41,626 bases of DNA from Candidatus Acidiferrum sp. (GTDB lineage: Bacteria; Pseudomonadota; Gammaproteobacteria; Pseudomonadales; Pseudohongiellaceae). The stretch spans positions 1 to 41,626 of the forward strand of contig DATJXP010000294.1 in NCBI GenBank assembly GCA_035500035.1, written 5' to 3'. Shown here in pieces: positions 9,028 through 18,443 of the stretch. Position numbers and translations under genes: made by a program. Numbering within the stretch: position 1 is the stretch's first letter; each line of letters begins with the position of its first letter. Under the pieces are notes generated by a model, which saw nothing but the letters and a program-made list of their open reading frames with translations, did not search any database and had not been told where the DNA came from.

Positions 9028-11312
9028 TGCGTCTTGCCGCGACGATTTCCGCCCTTTCCACCCTGATGCTGCTGACGGCACCGGCCGCGCACGCGCAGAA
9101 AACGCCGTCGTTGCTGACACAGTACTGCACCAAGTGCCACAACAGCGAAGACTGGGCCGGCAAGCTCGACATGGACACGCTCGACTACGATCACGTCGAT
9201 GCCAACGCCGAAACCTGGGAGCTGATGATCCGCAAGCTGAACGCCGGCATGATGCCGCCGAAACGGGAAACGCAGCCGTCGGCCGCCGAAGTGAAAAGTT
9301 TCGTCGCCCAGTTGGAAACCCAACTCGACAGCCACGTCAAAAGCATTGCCGCCGCGCCGGCGCTGCATCGTCTCAACCGCACCGAATACCACAACGCCAT
9401 CCGCGATCTGCTGGCGCTCGACATCGACGTCGCCGCGCTGCTGCCGCAGGACGATGCCATCGAAGGCTTCGACAACGTTGCTTCCGGCCTCGCCATTTCG
9501 CCGGCATTGATCCAGGGCTATACCGCGGCAGCGATGAAGATCAGCCGCGCTGCCGTAGGCGATCGCACGGAAACGCCGGGCGCCAGCGTTTATCGCACTG
9601 CTGGCAACTTGTCGCAGACGCAGCACCTCGAAGGTTTGCCGCTCGGCACTCGCGGCGGTTTGAAGGCGACCCACAATTTCCCGCTTGACGCCGACTACGA
9701 GATCTCGGTGAAGGGCGGTGGCGGTTTCGGCGGCTTCGGCCGCGATCCGTCCACTACCGTGGTGGTGACGCTCGATGGCAAGGAACTGAAGCTCGACAGC
9801 ACGCGCAGCTTCAAGCTGACGCTGACGGCCGGCGAGCACACGCTGACGGCATCGCTGCGCGACGTGAAGCGCCCCACCGGCGTCAACGACATATATTCCG
9901 TCTATTCCGCCAACGGTGGCATCACCAGCATCGAGATCAACGGCCCGCTGAATCCCACCGGCACCGGCCATACCGCGAGCCGCGAGCGCGTGTTCACCTG
10001 TTATCCGAAGAGCAACGACGAAGAACGCGGTTGCGCCGAAAAAATCCTGGTGTCGCTCGGCACCGCCGGTTTCCGCACGCCGGTGACGGCAAAGGACGTG
10101 CAGCCGCTGATGGCGTTCTACGACCAAGGCCGCAAGGAAGGCGATTTCGAAACCGGCGTGCAGCAGTCGGTGTCGCGTTTGCTGGTGGATCCGCGCTTCC
10201 TGTTCCGCTTCGAAGAAGAACCCGCCAACGTGGCGCCGGGCACCGAATACACGATCTCCGATATCGAACTGGCGTCGCGGCTGTCGTTCTTCCTGTGGAG
10301 CAGCATCCCCGATCCCGAACTGCTGGCATTGGCGCAAGCCAACAAATTGCACGAACCCGCCACGCTGAAAGCGCAGATCGCGCGCATGCTGGCCGACCGC
10401 AAGGCGCAGGCGCTGGTCGATAATTTCGCCGGCCAGTGGCTGTACCTGCGCCAGCTTGCCGGTGCCACGCCGGAGTCCGCCGTGTTCGACGAAAACCTGC
10501 GCGATGCCTTCGCCGAAGAAACCAAGCTGCTGATCGGCGCGGTGATCGGCGGCAACCGGCCGGTCACCGAACTGCTCGACGCCGACTACACCTTCGTCAA
10601 CGAACGGCTGGCGACGCATTACGGCATCGATGGCGTACACGGTTCGTATTTCCGCCGCATCGCGCTGCCGGCCGACAGCCCGCGCCGCGGCCTGCTTGGC
10701 CAGGGCAGCATCCTGACGGTGACGTCGACCGCGTCGCGCACGTCGCCGGTGGTGCGCGGCAGCTGGATCCTGCAGAACCTGCTGAACGCGCCGGTGCCGA
10801 GCCCGCCGGCCGGCGTCGAACGCAATCTCGACGGCGACGGCACCACCAAGCTGACCACGTCGGTGCGCGAACGGCTCGAACAGCATCGCAAGGATCCGGT
10901 GTGCGGTTCCTGCCATGCGGTGATCGACCCGGTCGGCTTCTCGCTGGAAAATTTCGACAACATCGGCGGCTGGCGCGTGAAGGACGGCGATTCGCCGGTG
11001 GATCCGCGCGGCGTGCTGGCCGACGGCACGCCGGTGCAGAGCCCGACCGATCTGCGCAAGGCTCTGCTGCGCCACTCCGACCAGTTCGTGCAGACGCTGA
11101 CGCAGAAACTGATGATCTACGCGTTGGGGCGGCCGCTGAATTATCATGACATGCCGTCGGTGCGAGCGATCCTGCGCAACGCGGCACGCGACGACAACCG
11201 TTTCGCCAGCGTGGTGAATGCCATCGTGCAGAGTCCGCAGTTCACCAGGCGGGTCAAACAAGATCCTGTTAAAGACGCCGCCGCAGGCAAGGCCAACACG
11301 GCTCAACGCTGA
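9027..11312 (+). CDS. Cytochrome-c-motif DUF1592/DUF1588/DUF1585-type protein (planctomycete PSCyt/PSD family)
   Basis: Signal peptide MRLAATISALSTLMLLTAPAAHA and heme motif CTKCH. Family blocks RLSFFLWSSIPDPELL, FAGQWLYLR and CGSCHAVIDPVGFSLENFDNIGGWR. The ATG at 9027 overlaps the ankyrin stop (TGATG), and AAGGAGG sits at 9013-9019. Confidence 0.85.
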   Translation: MRLAATISALSTLMLLTAPAAHAQKTPSLLTQYCTKCHNSEDWAGKLDMDTLDYDHVDANAETWELMIRKLNAGMMPPKRETQPSAAEVKSFVAQLETQLDSHVKSIAAAPALHRLNRTEYHNAIRDLLALDIDVAALLPQDDAIEGFDNVASGLAISPALIQGYTAAAMKISRAAVGDRTETPGASVYRTAGNLSQTQHLEGLPLGTRGGLKATHNFPLDADYEISVKGGGGFGGFGRDPSTTVVVTLDGKELKLDSTRSFKLTLTAGEHTLTASLRDVKRPTGVNDIYSVYSANGGITSIEINGPLNPTGTGHTASRERVFTCYPKSNDEERGCAEKILVSLGTAGFRTPVTAKDVQPLMAFYDQGRKEGDFETGVQQSVSRLLVDPRFLFRFEEEPANVAPGTEYTISDIELASRLSFFLWSSIPDPELLALAQANKLHEPATLKAQIARMLADRKAQALVDNFAGQWLYLRQLAGATPESAVFDENLRDAFAEETKLLIGAVIGGNRPVTELLDADYTFVNERLATHYGIDGVHGSYFRRIALPADSPRRGLLGQGSILTVTSTASRTSPVVRGSWILQNLLNAPVPSPPAGVERNLDGDGTTKLTTSVRERLEQHRKDPVCGSCHAVIDPVGFSLENFDNIGGWRVKDGDSPVDPRGVLADGTPVQSPTDLRKALLRHSDQFVQTLTQKLMIYALGRPLNYHDMPSVRAILRNAARDDNRFASVVNAIVQSPQFTRRVKQDPVKDAAAGKANTAQR

Positions 11313-11330
11313 CCCCGGCAGGAGATTCCT

Positions 11331-12656
11331 ATGCATCTGCTAGGCAAGAAATTCATTCACCGCCGCACCTTGTTGCGCGGCATGGGCACCGCACTGGCGT
11401 TACCGCTGCTCGAGGCGATGCTGCCGGCCGGCATTGCGATGGCGCAAAGCGGCGCGTTGCCGAAGACACGGTTCGGCTGCATCTATTTTCCGCACGGCGC
11501 GACGATGTCGCGCTGGACACCGAAGCAGGAAGGCAAGGACTTCGAGTTCAGCGAAATCCTCAAGCCGCTGGAAGCGCATCGCAATTCGTTGACCGTCGTC
11601 AGCGGTCTCGGTCACGCGCTGGCTTACGGCCCGGGCGGCGCCACCGGCAACCACAATCGTTCGTCCGCCACCTACCTGAGCGGCGCCAAGGCCGAGTTCG
11701 GCGCGCAGCCGTTCCTCGGCGTGACGGTGGACCAGATCGTCGCCAAGCAATTGGGTCAGGACACGCCGCTGCCGTCGCTGGAATTGTCGATCGAAGAAGC
11801 CAGCGTCAACTGCGGTGACGGTCTGAGCTGCGCCTATCGCAACACCATCTCCTGGCAGGGCGACACCGCGCCGCTGCCGATGCAGAACAATCCGCAAGTG
11901 GTGTTCGAACACCTGTTCGGTGATGGCGCCAATACCGCCGAACGCGATGCCCGCCGCGCGCAGTCGCTGAGTCTGCTCGATTCGGTTTCGCACCAGATCA
12001 CTACGCTCGACAAGAAACTGTCGAACGCCGACAAGAGCCGGCTCGACCAGTACCTGACCGACATCCGCGAGATCGAACGCCGCATCCAGCAGGCCGCCGC
12101 GCATCTGACCGCCGACATCGCCGTGCCGAACAAACCGGCCGGCATCCCCGACGACGTCGATGCCCACATCAAGCTGATGTACGACCTGATGGCGCTGGCG
12201 TGGCAGGCGGACATCACTCGCGTCTCGACCTTCATGATCGCCGCCGAGCTGTCGGGCGCGGTGTATCCGAAGAGCGGCGTGCGCGACGGTTTCCACACGT
12301 TGTCGCACCACAGCAACAACGAGGACAACAAGGCCCGCTTCGCGCTGATCAACCGCTACCATGTCACGCTGTTCCAGCATTTCCTCGACAAGCTGGCGTC
12401 GGTGAAGGAAGCCGACGGTACGCTGCTCGACCATTCGATGGTGCTGTACGGCAGCGGCATGAGCGACGGCAATTCGCACAACCACGATCCGCTGCCGGTG
12501 GTACTGGCCGGACGTGCCGGCGGCAGGCTGGCCGGCAACCGCCACCTGGCGTTTCCGGACAAGACACCGATGTCGAACCTGCTGCTCTCCATGTTGAACA
12601 CGCTCGGCGTGCAACAGCAGCATTTCGGCGACAGCACGGGCCTGTTGCCGGTCTGA
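11331..12656 (+). CDS. DUF1552 (HxxSHH) family protein with a Tat signal
   Basis: RRTLLRGMGTALALPLLEAM twin-arginine leader and the GFHTLSHHSN signature. AGGAGA RBS. This family is the canonical downstream partner of DUF1592 proteins. Confidence 0.85.
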   Translation: MHLLGKKFIHRRTLLRGMGTALALPLLEAMLPAGIAMAQSGALPKTRFGCIYFPHGATMSRWTPKQEGKDFEFSEILKPLEAHRNSLTVVSGLGHALAYGPGGATGNHNRSSATYLSGAKAEFGAQPFLGVTVDQIVAKQLGQDTPLPSLELSIEEASVNCGDGLSCAYRNTISWQGDTAPLPMQNNPQVVFEHLFGDGANTAERDARRAQSLSLLDSVSHQITTLDKKLSNADKSRLDQYLTDIREIERRIQQAAAHLTADIAVPNKPAGIPDDVDAHIKLMYDLMALAWQADITRVSTFMIAAELSGAVYPKSGVRDGFHTLSHHSNNEDNKARFALINRYHVTLFQHFLDKLASVKEADGTLLDHSMVLYGSGMSDGNSHNHDPLPVVLAGRAGGRLAGNRHLAFPDKTPMSNLLLSMLNTLGVQQQHFGDSTGLLPV

Positions 12657-12680
12657 TCCGGCAGATCTCAGGACTGTGAT

Positions 12681-12701
12681 GCGGGTCTAGCCCAGACCCG
12701 C
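12681..12701 (+). terminator. GC-rich hairpin after the DUF1552 gene (no U-tract)
   Basis: GCGGGTCT-agccc-AGACCCGC, an 8-bp perfect stem, 25 nt after the stop. It lacks a T-run, so it may be an attenuator or RNA stabiliser rather than an intrinsic terminator. Confidence 0.3.
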
Positions 12702-12786
12702 TGTCCATGCCGTACATGCGCTAACACATGCCGAAAGCAACGTGTTACCATCCGGCGCATTGTTCCGACCCAGAGGATGTCCGCGA

Positions 12787-14598
12787 ATGCACGCGCCGCG
12801 CACCTGTTTTGCTGCCGGATCGGGCAGCACCGCTCTCTCCCGCTGGCTCTCCTTCTCACGCACCGCAGCCCTCACCAGCGCCCTTGCCTTGCTGCTGACT
12901 GCCTGTGGCGGTGGTGGCGGTGGCGGATTCAACCCTGCCGCGGCCGGCTCGGTGACGCCCGGCTCCAGTAGCACCGGCAACAGTTCAGGCAACAACACCG
13001 CGCCGCCGACGCCGGTCTACAGCATCGGCAACGGCTCCGGCACCGGTTACACGGACGGCGTCATCGATGCCAGCAAGACCACGCTGCAAGCGGCGGAAAC
13101 CGCGACGCTGCGCGTCAACATCGTCGATCAATTCAACAATCCGCCGGCAACGGACCTGGTTGTTACCTTCTCGTCCACCTGCACCTCCGACGGTTTGGCC
13201 AGTTTCGGCGACGTGACCCAGGTCGCCCGCGGCCTGTTCTCGGTAACGTACACCAACAAGGGCTGCGACAAGGCCGCCGACGTGGTGACGGCATTGCTGG
13301 TGACCAACAACAAACAGGCCACCGTGACGCTGAAGATGGTGGGGCCGGACGTGATTTCGGTCAGCTTCGTATCCGCCACCTTCACCCAGTTGGCGTTGGC
13401 TGGCATCGGCGGCAACGAAACCTCCGAACTGATATTCCAGGTGTCCGGTCCGCAAGCGGTGCCGGTGGTCGGCAAAACCGTGAATTTCTCGGTCAACACC
13501 CAGGTCGGCGGCGCCAGCATCCTCAGCGGCCGTCAATCGGCCGTGACCGATCAGGCCGGGCAGGTGCATACCATCATCACCAGCGGCACCATCGCCGGCC
13601 CCGTCAACGTACGCGCAGTGGAGCAATCCACCGGCAAGCAAGGCATCTCGCCCGACATCGTGATTTCCACCGGCATCGCCGATGCCGACCGCTTTTCGAT
13701 GACGCTGGGGCCGCACAACCCCGGGCTGGCGTGGAACACCGATGCGGTCACCGTCAACATCAACATCATTGCCAGCGACATCTTCGGCAACAACCCCACC
13801 GACGGTACTCGCGTCAGCTTCGTGTCGTCGGAGAGCGGCAACATCACCAACTCCTGCCTGTTGACGGACGGCGCCTGTTCCGCGACATGGCGCAGTTCGG
13901 CCAGCCGCCCGCTCGACATGCGCGCCACCGTCATGGCCTATACCTCGGGCGCCGAGCACTTCACCGACAATAACGGCAACGGCGTCTATGACAGCACCGA
14001 TACTACCTTCAAGGATCTCGGCGAGGCCTACGCCGATGAAAACGAGAATGGCCAATATGACGTCGGCGAATATTTCGTCGATACCAACAAGAACGGCGTG
14101 CGCGACCCGGGCAACAATCTGTGGGACGGCCCCTGCCTGAGCAAGGTCGATTCGCGCGCCGTATGTACCGGCAACTCGACCGTGACCATTTCGGGTTCGC
14201 AAGTGATCGTGATGTCGAGATCGGATGTGCGCATCAAGACGTTGGGAACCTTCCCCGATCCAGCGCTGGGAACCATCATCAGCGTCACCAAGGGTGGCTA
14301 TGCCGATCTTGGCGGCATGTACCTGGAAGACGGCAATACCAACGCCGACATACTCGGCGGCAACCCCTTGCCCAACCAAAGCACGGTAGTGTTTTCGATC
14401 GAAGGCGACAGTCTTTCGCTGAAAGGGATCAGCAGCTATACCATTTCGGACGGCATCAGTCCGGAGAGTTCGCCACCGCTCGGCGTGTCTATCTTTGCCG
14501 ATTCCGGTGCGGTATCAGGCACCACGGGAGTTTTGCGCATGACGGTGACCGCTCCCGGACTGACCACGCAATTCACCTGGAGCGTGAAGATACCGTGA
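12787..14598 (+). CDS. Lipoprotein with tandem bacterial Ig-like (invasin/Big-type) domains and DxNxNGxxD calcium-loop repeats
   Basis: Lipobox LLLTAC followed by GGGGGGG and a Ser/Gly/Pro linker. Repeated beta-rich modules (TLRVNIVDQFNNP, VNVRAVEQSTG, VNINIIASDIFGNNP). DNNGNGVYD / DENENGQYD / DTNKNGVRD repeats. ATG at 12787 has GAGGA 9 nt upstream; the track ORF starts at GTG 12742. Confidence 0.75.
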   Translation: MHAPRTCFAAGSGSTALSRWLSFSRTAALTSALALLLTACGGGGGGGFNPAAAGSVTPGSSSTGNSSGNNTAPPTPVYSIGNGSGTGYTDGVIDASKTTLQAAETATLRVNIVDQFNNPPATDLVVTFSSTCTSDGLASFGDVTQVARGLFSVTYTNKGCDKAADVVTALLVTNNKQATVTLKMVGPDVISVSFVSATFTQLALAGIGGNETSELIFQVSGPQAVPVVGKTVNFSVNTQVGGASILSGRQSAVTDQAGQVHTIITSGTIAGPVNVRAVEQSTGKQGISPDIVISTGIADADRFSMTLGPHNPGLAWNTDAVTVNINIIASDIFGNNPTDGTRVSFVSSESGNITNSCLLTDGACSATWRSSASRPLDMRATVMAYTSGAEHFTDNNGNGVYDSTDTTFKDLGEAYADENENGQYDVGEYFVDTNKNGVRDPGNNLWDGPCLSKVDSRAVCTGNSTVTISGSQVIVMSRSDVRIKTLGTFPDPALGTIISVTKGGYADLGGMYLEDGNTNADILGGNPLPNQSTVVFSIEGDSLSLKGISSYTISDGISPESSPPLGVSIFADSGAVSGTTGVLRMTVTAPGLTTQFTWSVKIP

Positions 14599-14615
14599 CG
14601 AGCAATCAGCTCTAT

Positions 14616-14643
14616 AAAAAACCGGCCTCGCGCCGGTTTTTTA
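14616..14643. terminator. Bidirectional rho-independent terminator between the convergent lipoprotein gene and gspM
   Basis: AAAAA-ACCGGC-ctcgc-GCCGGT-TTTTTT. The stem is flanked by an A-run and a T-run, so it can act on both strands. Confidence 0.7.
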
Positions 14644-14652
14644 TTGGCAGCG

Positions 14653-15132
14653 TCATTGGCGTTTGCGCAAACTCAGACTGACGCCGGCGGTGCCGTTCGC
14701 CCCTTGCGTCAACGTTACGCGTACCAGCGCAATGGAAGCGTTCCGCTCGATTTGCCCGAGCCAACCGATGATGTCGGCATAGGGCACGGCATCGAATCGC
14801 AATTGCAGCTCGTCGGCGGAATTCTGCAGCAGGCGCGTCGGTTGCAAACCGGCGTCCTGCAAACTGCGGCTCACCAGTGCGGACAGATCGGCATCATCGG
14901 CGGCAGATCTGTCGGCATGCGAAGCATCGTATTGCCGCACCAAGGTCTGCACTTGCGCCAGCTCGAGCATCTGCACACTCAACCGCTGCTGCTCGCGCCG
15001 CTGTTGCGCATGCCAATGCCATAGCAGCGTCGCCACGACCGCCAGCGCCACCAAGGTGGTGACGGTGACGGCGGCGATCTGCTGACGCGGCTCCATCGAC
15101 CGCCACTGCCGTTGCAATTGCAGCTTCATCAT
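14653..15132 (-). CDS. gspM: Type II secretion system protein M
   Basis: Last gene of the gsp cluster, about 159 aa, with a single N-terminal TM (IAAVTVTTLVALAVVATLLW). ATGATGA overlap with the gspL stop. I rejected the Arg-rich 5' extension of the track ORF (to 15597). Confidence 0.75.
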   Translation of the reverse strand: MMKLQLQRQWRSMEPRQQIAAVTVTTLVALAVVATLLWHWHAQQRREQQRLSVQMLELAQVQTLVRQYDASHADRSAADDADLSALVSRSLQDAGLQPTRLLQNSADELQLRFDAVPYADIIGWLGQIERNASIALVRVTLTQGANGTAGVSLSLRKRQ

Positions 15133-16298
15133 GGCGCCACCACCCGCAACCGTGCGCGGCTGTTGCCGCCTTCGCTGCTGCTGCCGACCAGATCGACGCC
15201 GAGACCGGCGCGTTGCAACTTGCCGCGCAGGCTGTCGATGGCGGCCAGGCTCTGGCTGTGCACGTCGAGCTGCAACGCTCCGCTGATTGCATCGAAATCG
15301 AGCAGATCGACATTCACGCCCTGCTCGCCTGCCAATGCCGGTGCCATCTGCGTCAACAGCGGCAGCAAGGCATGCTGACCGCCACTCTGAGCCAACGCCT
15401 GCCGCACTTGCGCCAACGGATCCACCATCGCCCCTTGCGGCTGCACGTGACGGAATTGTTCGACCAGTTGTCGCTGCACCACGGCCTGCTGCGACTGCAA
15501 CCGCCAGATGTTTGCCAACGTGATGCCGGCATCGGCAAGCACCAGTGTTGCCGCCAACGCAGCTACCAGACGCCATTGCCGCCACCAGCGTTGCCACGGC
15601 AGCGGCGGTGCATAAGCGCCCTGCAACACGTTGCAGGCCATCGGCGCCGCTGCCGCCAATTCATCCCACGCTGGCGCGCGCCGCAACAGCAACAACGGTT
15701 GCAACGACGAGGGCAGCAGTTGCCTGATTTCGTTGTATTGCTGCTGGGTGCCGTACAGCACGATCTGCGCCGGCCATGCCTGCTGTTCGTTGTGCAGCAA
15801 GGTCAACGCCTGCGCGAGATTGCCGGTGTCGCAGGCGAAACCACGATGCCAGCCGTGACGCACCAGCACGCGCGCCGGCGACTGCTGCGACAACCACAAG
15901 GTCCACTGGCCTTGCTGCCACGGAATCAACGACAGTTCGGCTTGGGCGGTTTGCGGCTGCACGCCGTGCGTAGCGGTAACAGTGCGTAACAGATCGAGCG
16001 CATGCCTGTCGGTCACTACGACGGCGACGCGGCCTGCGTCCATCGCGCCATGCGCGAAATGCACGGTTTCCACCGGCGCCAGCAAGGTATCTTCGAGCCG
16101 CCACGGCAAGGTCTTGCGCAACAACCGCGCTTCGCCGGCCCCGACTTCCAGTTCGGTGATCGAACTCAACGATGGTGGCAACAACACCGTGACGGGCTGA
16201 CCCGCCATCGACACCGGCAATGACGTCGGCAACGACGCCAATAACGACAGCCCATCGCCCGTCAGCAGATCGCCGCGGTCACTGATACGGAGCAGCAC
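15129..16298 (-). CDS. gspL: Type II secretion system protein L
   Basis: 389 aa, positioned between gspK and gspM, with a central TM (WRLVAALAATLVLADAGITLA). GTG start overlaps the gspK 3' end. Confidence 0.75.
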   Translation of the reverse strand: MLLRISDRGDLLTGDGLSLLASLPTSLPVSMAGQPVTVLLPPSLSSITELEVGAGEARLLRKTLPWRLEDTLLAPVETVHFAHGAMDAGRVAVVVTDRHALDLLRTVTATHGVQPQTAQAELSLIPWQQGQWTLWLSQQSPARVLVRHGWHRGFACDTGNLAQALTLLHNEQQAWPAQIVLYGTQQQYNEIRQLLPSSLQPLLLLRRAPAWDELAAAAPMACNVLQGAYAPPLPWQRWWRQWRLVAALAATLVLADAGITLANIWRLQSQQAVVQRQLVEQFRHVQPQGAMVDPLAQVRQALAQSGGQHALLPLLTQMAPALAGEQGVNVDLLDFDAISGALQLDVHSQSLAAIDSLRGKLQRAGLGVDLVGSSSEGGNSRARLRVVAP

Positions 16299-17379
16299 AG
16301 TCGATGCCTCCGCTGGTGGTTCCCGTCAGCCAGGTACGACTCTTCACCGTCACCTGCGGCCGATTGGCGGCATCGCGCGTGCGGGCCAGCACGCTCAGCA
16401 GGCGATAGTGATGGGGTCCTGTCTGCATGTCCGCACTCATCTGGAAATAGTCGCTGGCCACATCGAGCCCGTCGAGGTCCCACGGCACCTGCGCCAGCGG
16501 CAGTTGCCGGAACGCCGACAACGATTTGAAAACGGCGCCGCTGTGGGTGCGCACATCGGCGATCAGGTGCGCGGCTTCCGGTGTCAGCGGCCGCAACGTA
16601 TCGCTGCTGCCCAGCGTGCGCAACATTACCGGTTCGTTGTCGTTGCTTTTGTCGTCGTCGTTCATACCGGCCTGGGCCGACCACAACAATTTACTGTCGG
16701 CGGTGTTCACGTTCAGTGTGCCATTACCCCACACGGTTACAAAAGGAGTCAATGCGGCGGCCAGATCGGCATCGATGCCGGCCACCAATGCCAGTTCGCT
16801 GACGCTGGTGAAGCCCTGGTTGGCGGGGCGGTAGTCGCGCCCCATTTCCAGATAGTCGATGGCTTCGGCACCGCCGGGATTGCGGGATTCGTTGTCGGCA
16901 TCGACCCAGTCGAACACGGCATTGGCGATTGCAGTGGCGCTGGCGGCATCGAGCGGATGTTCCGGTTGCACCACTTGCAACAAACGGATGAAACGCTTCT
17001 GCGCGGCGCTGTAACCATTGGCAGCCGGTGCGCCGAGATCGTTGAGATTGAGCCGGCTCTGCAAGTCGAGCAGGCATACCGTCAGCAGGCCTTCCGTCAG
17101 CGGCACCTTCTGTACTTTTGCCCACGGTTCCACCGCACTGTCGGTGGTGCTGCCGCTTTGCAGATCCAGCAACAGCGCTTGCTTGGCCACGCCTTCGGCG
17201 CCGCGCAGATAGGCGCGCGCCTGATCCTGTTCGTTCTGGTATTCCAGCGTACGTTGCAACACGAAGTAATCCTTGCCGATACGCGTAGCCAGCGCCACCA
17301 CGATCAGCACGACGATCAGCGCCAGCACCAGCGTGGCACCGCGCTGGCCATGCAAGACGCTATTGCAGTTCGAATACAC
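16279..17379 (-). CDS. gspK: Type II secretion minor pseudopilin K
   Basis: N-terminal QRGATLVLALIVVLIVVALA, typical of GspK (no Glu5), about 366 aa. Alternative TTG start at 17355. Confidence 0.8.
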   Translation of the reverse strand: MYSNCNSVLHGQRGATLVLALIVVLIVVALATRIGKDYFVLQRTLEYQNEQDQARAYLRGAEGVAKQALLLDLQSGSTTDSAVEPWAKVQKVPLTEGLLTVCLLDLQSRLNLNDLGAPAANGYSAAQKRFIRLLQVVQPEHPLDAASATAIANAVFDWVDADNESRNPGGAEAIDYLEMGRDYRPANQGFTSVSELALVAGIDADLAAALTPFVTVWGNGTLNVNTADSKLLWSAQAGMNDDDKSNDNEPVMLRTLGSSDTLRPLTPEAAHLIADVRTHSGAVFKSLSAFRQLPLAQVPWDLDGLDVASDYFQMSADMQTGPHHYRLLSVLARTRDAANRPQVTVKSRTWLTGTTSGGIDCAAPYQ

Positions 17380-18022
17380 GCTGCACCTGCCCGAAACGCG
17401 CCGTCGTCAATGTCACCCGCACTGCCAGTGGCAACGGCGACGTCAATGCCCGCGCCGGCGCTTCGCTGTCCCACTGCGTTTGCCAGGGTCCGCCGCCTGC
17501 TTGCAATACCGTCAGCGACAACGGCGCGGTCGCCGACGGCGGCTCGAGAAATTCGACGCGCACTTCGTCGACGGACGCCAACAGCATGGTTTCATGCGGT
17601 CGCTGCTGGACTTCGCTGCGGTCGAGTTGTGGCCAATGCTGGCGCCAGAGCGCACCGTCGCGCGCGACGTAACGTACCCGCAGCAACTCACTGCGCAACG
17701 CCTGCGGCGCCGGCATTGCGCCGCCGCGCGTGAACGTCAGCAACACTCCACTGTCGACGCCACTGGCAAAGGCCGGTTCGCGATAACCGAGCCCGAGCAG
17801 CAGGGGCCGCTGCCGGGCCTGCGTGAGATCGGTTTCCATCACGTCGAATGCGCGCTGCAGTTCGGTCAGCGCGGCCACTTCGGTCTCCAGTGCCGTTGAC
17901 GCCTGCACGCCGCGACTGACGCCGGCATAGGCCAGCGCCGCCACCACAGCGGTCAGCCCCACCGCCAACAGCAGTTCCACCAGCGTGAAACCGCCGCAAC
18001 TTTTACGGCGCCGGTTTTGCAT
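17360..18022 (-). CDS. gspJ: Type II secretion minor pseudopilin J
   Basis: Prepilin motif GGFTLVELLLAVGLTAVV. Start trimmed to the ATG at 18022 (MQNRRRKSCG|GFTLVE). Confidence 0.8.
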   Translation of the reverse strand: MQNRRRKSCGGFTLVELLLAVGLTAVVAALAYAGVSRGVQASTALETEVAALTELQRAFDVMETDLTQARQRPLLLGLGYREPAFASGVDSGVLLTFTRGGAMPAPQALRSELLRVRYVARDGALWRQHWPQLDRSEVQQRPHETMLLASVDEVRVEFLEPPSATAPLSLTVLQAGGGPWQTQWDSEAPARALTSPLPLAVRVTLTTARFGQVQRVFELQ

Positions 18023-18443
18023 CGAGCACCCCGGTGAGCGTGGCAACCGGATGCTGGTGCGCAGCATCGGCGGTTTCATCGCCGACGGCGATGATGATGG
18101 GCATCGGCCCTTGTTCTAGCGTATTGGTGCCGATGCTGTCGGCATCGAGTACCAGCGCCGGCTTGCTCGCCTGCCAGTACCAGCGACGACCGGCCAGCGT
18201 GATGCTGCCGTGCTGATCCAGCAACGGCGTCGATGGCGCCAGCCGCGCCGCCAATTGCAGGTAGTGCAATTGATTGTCGGCCACCCACAGCGCCAGCGTC
18301 TTGTCGCGCAGGTAGCCGGCGCTGTCGAGCTGGGCACTGATGCGCCACTGCCAGGCCGTCATCGCCAGCGCCAGTACCAGCAGCGCCACCAGCACCTCCA
18401 CCAACGTGAACCCTGTTTGCCGGTCAGCGTTGCGCATCGCCAT
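18003..18443 (-). CDS. gspI: Type II secretion minor pseudopilin I
   Basis: TGFTLVEVLVALLVLALAM prepilin N-terminus, about 146 aa. Confidence 0.85.
   Translation of the reverse strand: MAMRNADRQTGFTLVEVLVALLVLALAMTAWQWRISAQLDSAGYLRDKTLALWVADNQLHYLQLAARLAPSTPLLDQHGSITLAGRRWYWQASKPALVLDADSIGTNTLEQGPMPIIIAVGDETADAAHQHPVATLTGVLDAKPAP

Noticed and set aside
7426-9120. 564-aa minus-strand ORF opposite the ankyrin gene
   Set aside because: It shows the same high-GC antisense artefact. The plus-strand product has a signal peptide and regular ANK repeats.
8871-11336. 821-aa minus-strand ORF covering the whole DUF1592 gene
   Set aside because: It is Arg/Ala/Gly-rich with no motifs, typical of antisense open frames in high-GC DNA. 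The plus strand carries clear family signatures (CTKCH, FLWSSIPD, CGSCHAVIDP) and an RBS.
12985-14379. 464-aa minus-strand ORF opposite the Ig-like lipoprotein gene
   Set aside because: An antisense artefact with Gly/Ala/Arg/Asp-rich composition. The plus strand has a lipobox and repeated Ig-like modules.
15133-15597. N-terminal 155-aa extension of the gspM ORF overlapping gspL
   Set aside because: The extension is Arg/Ala-rich and overlaps the gspL coding sequence. An ATGATGA junction at 15127-15132 gives a normal ~159-aa GspM with an N-terminal TM.
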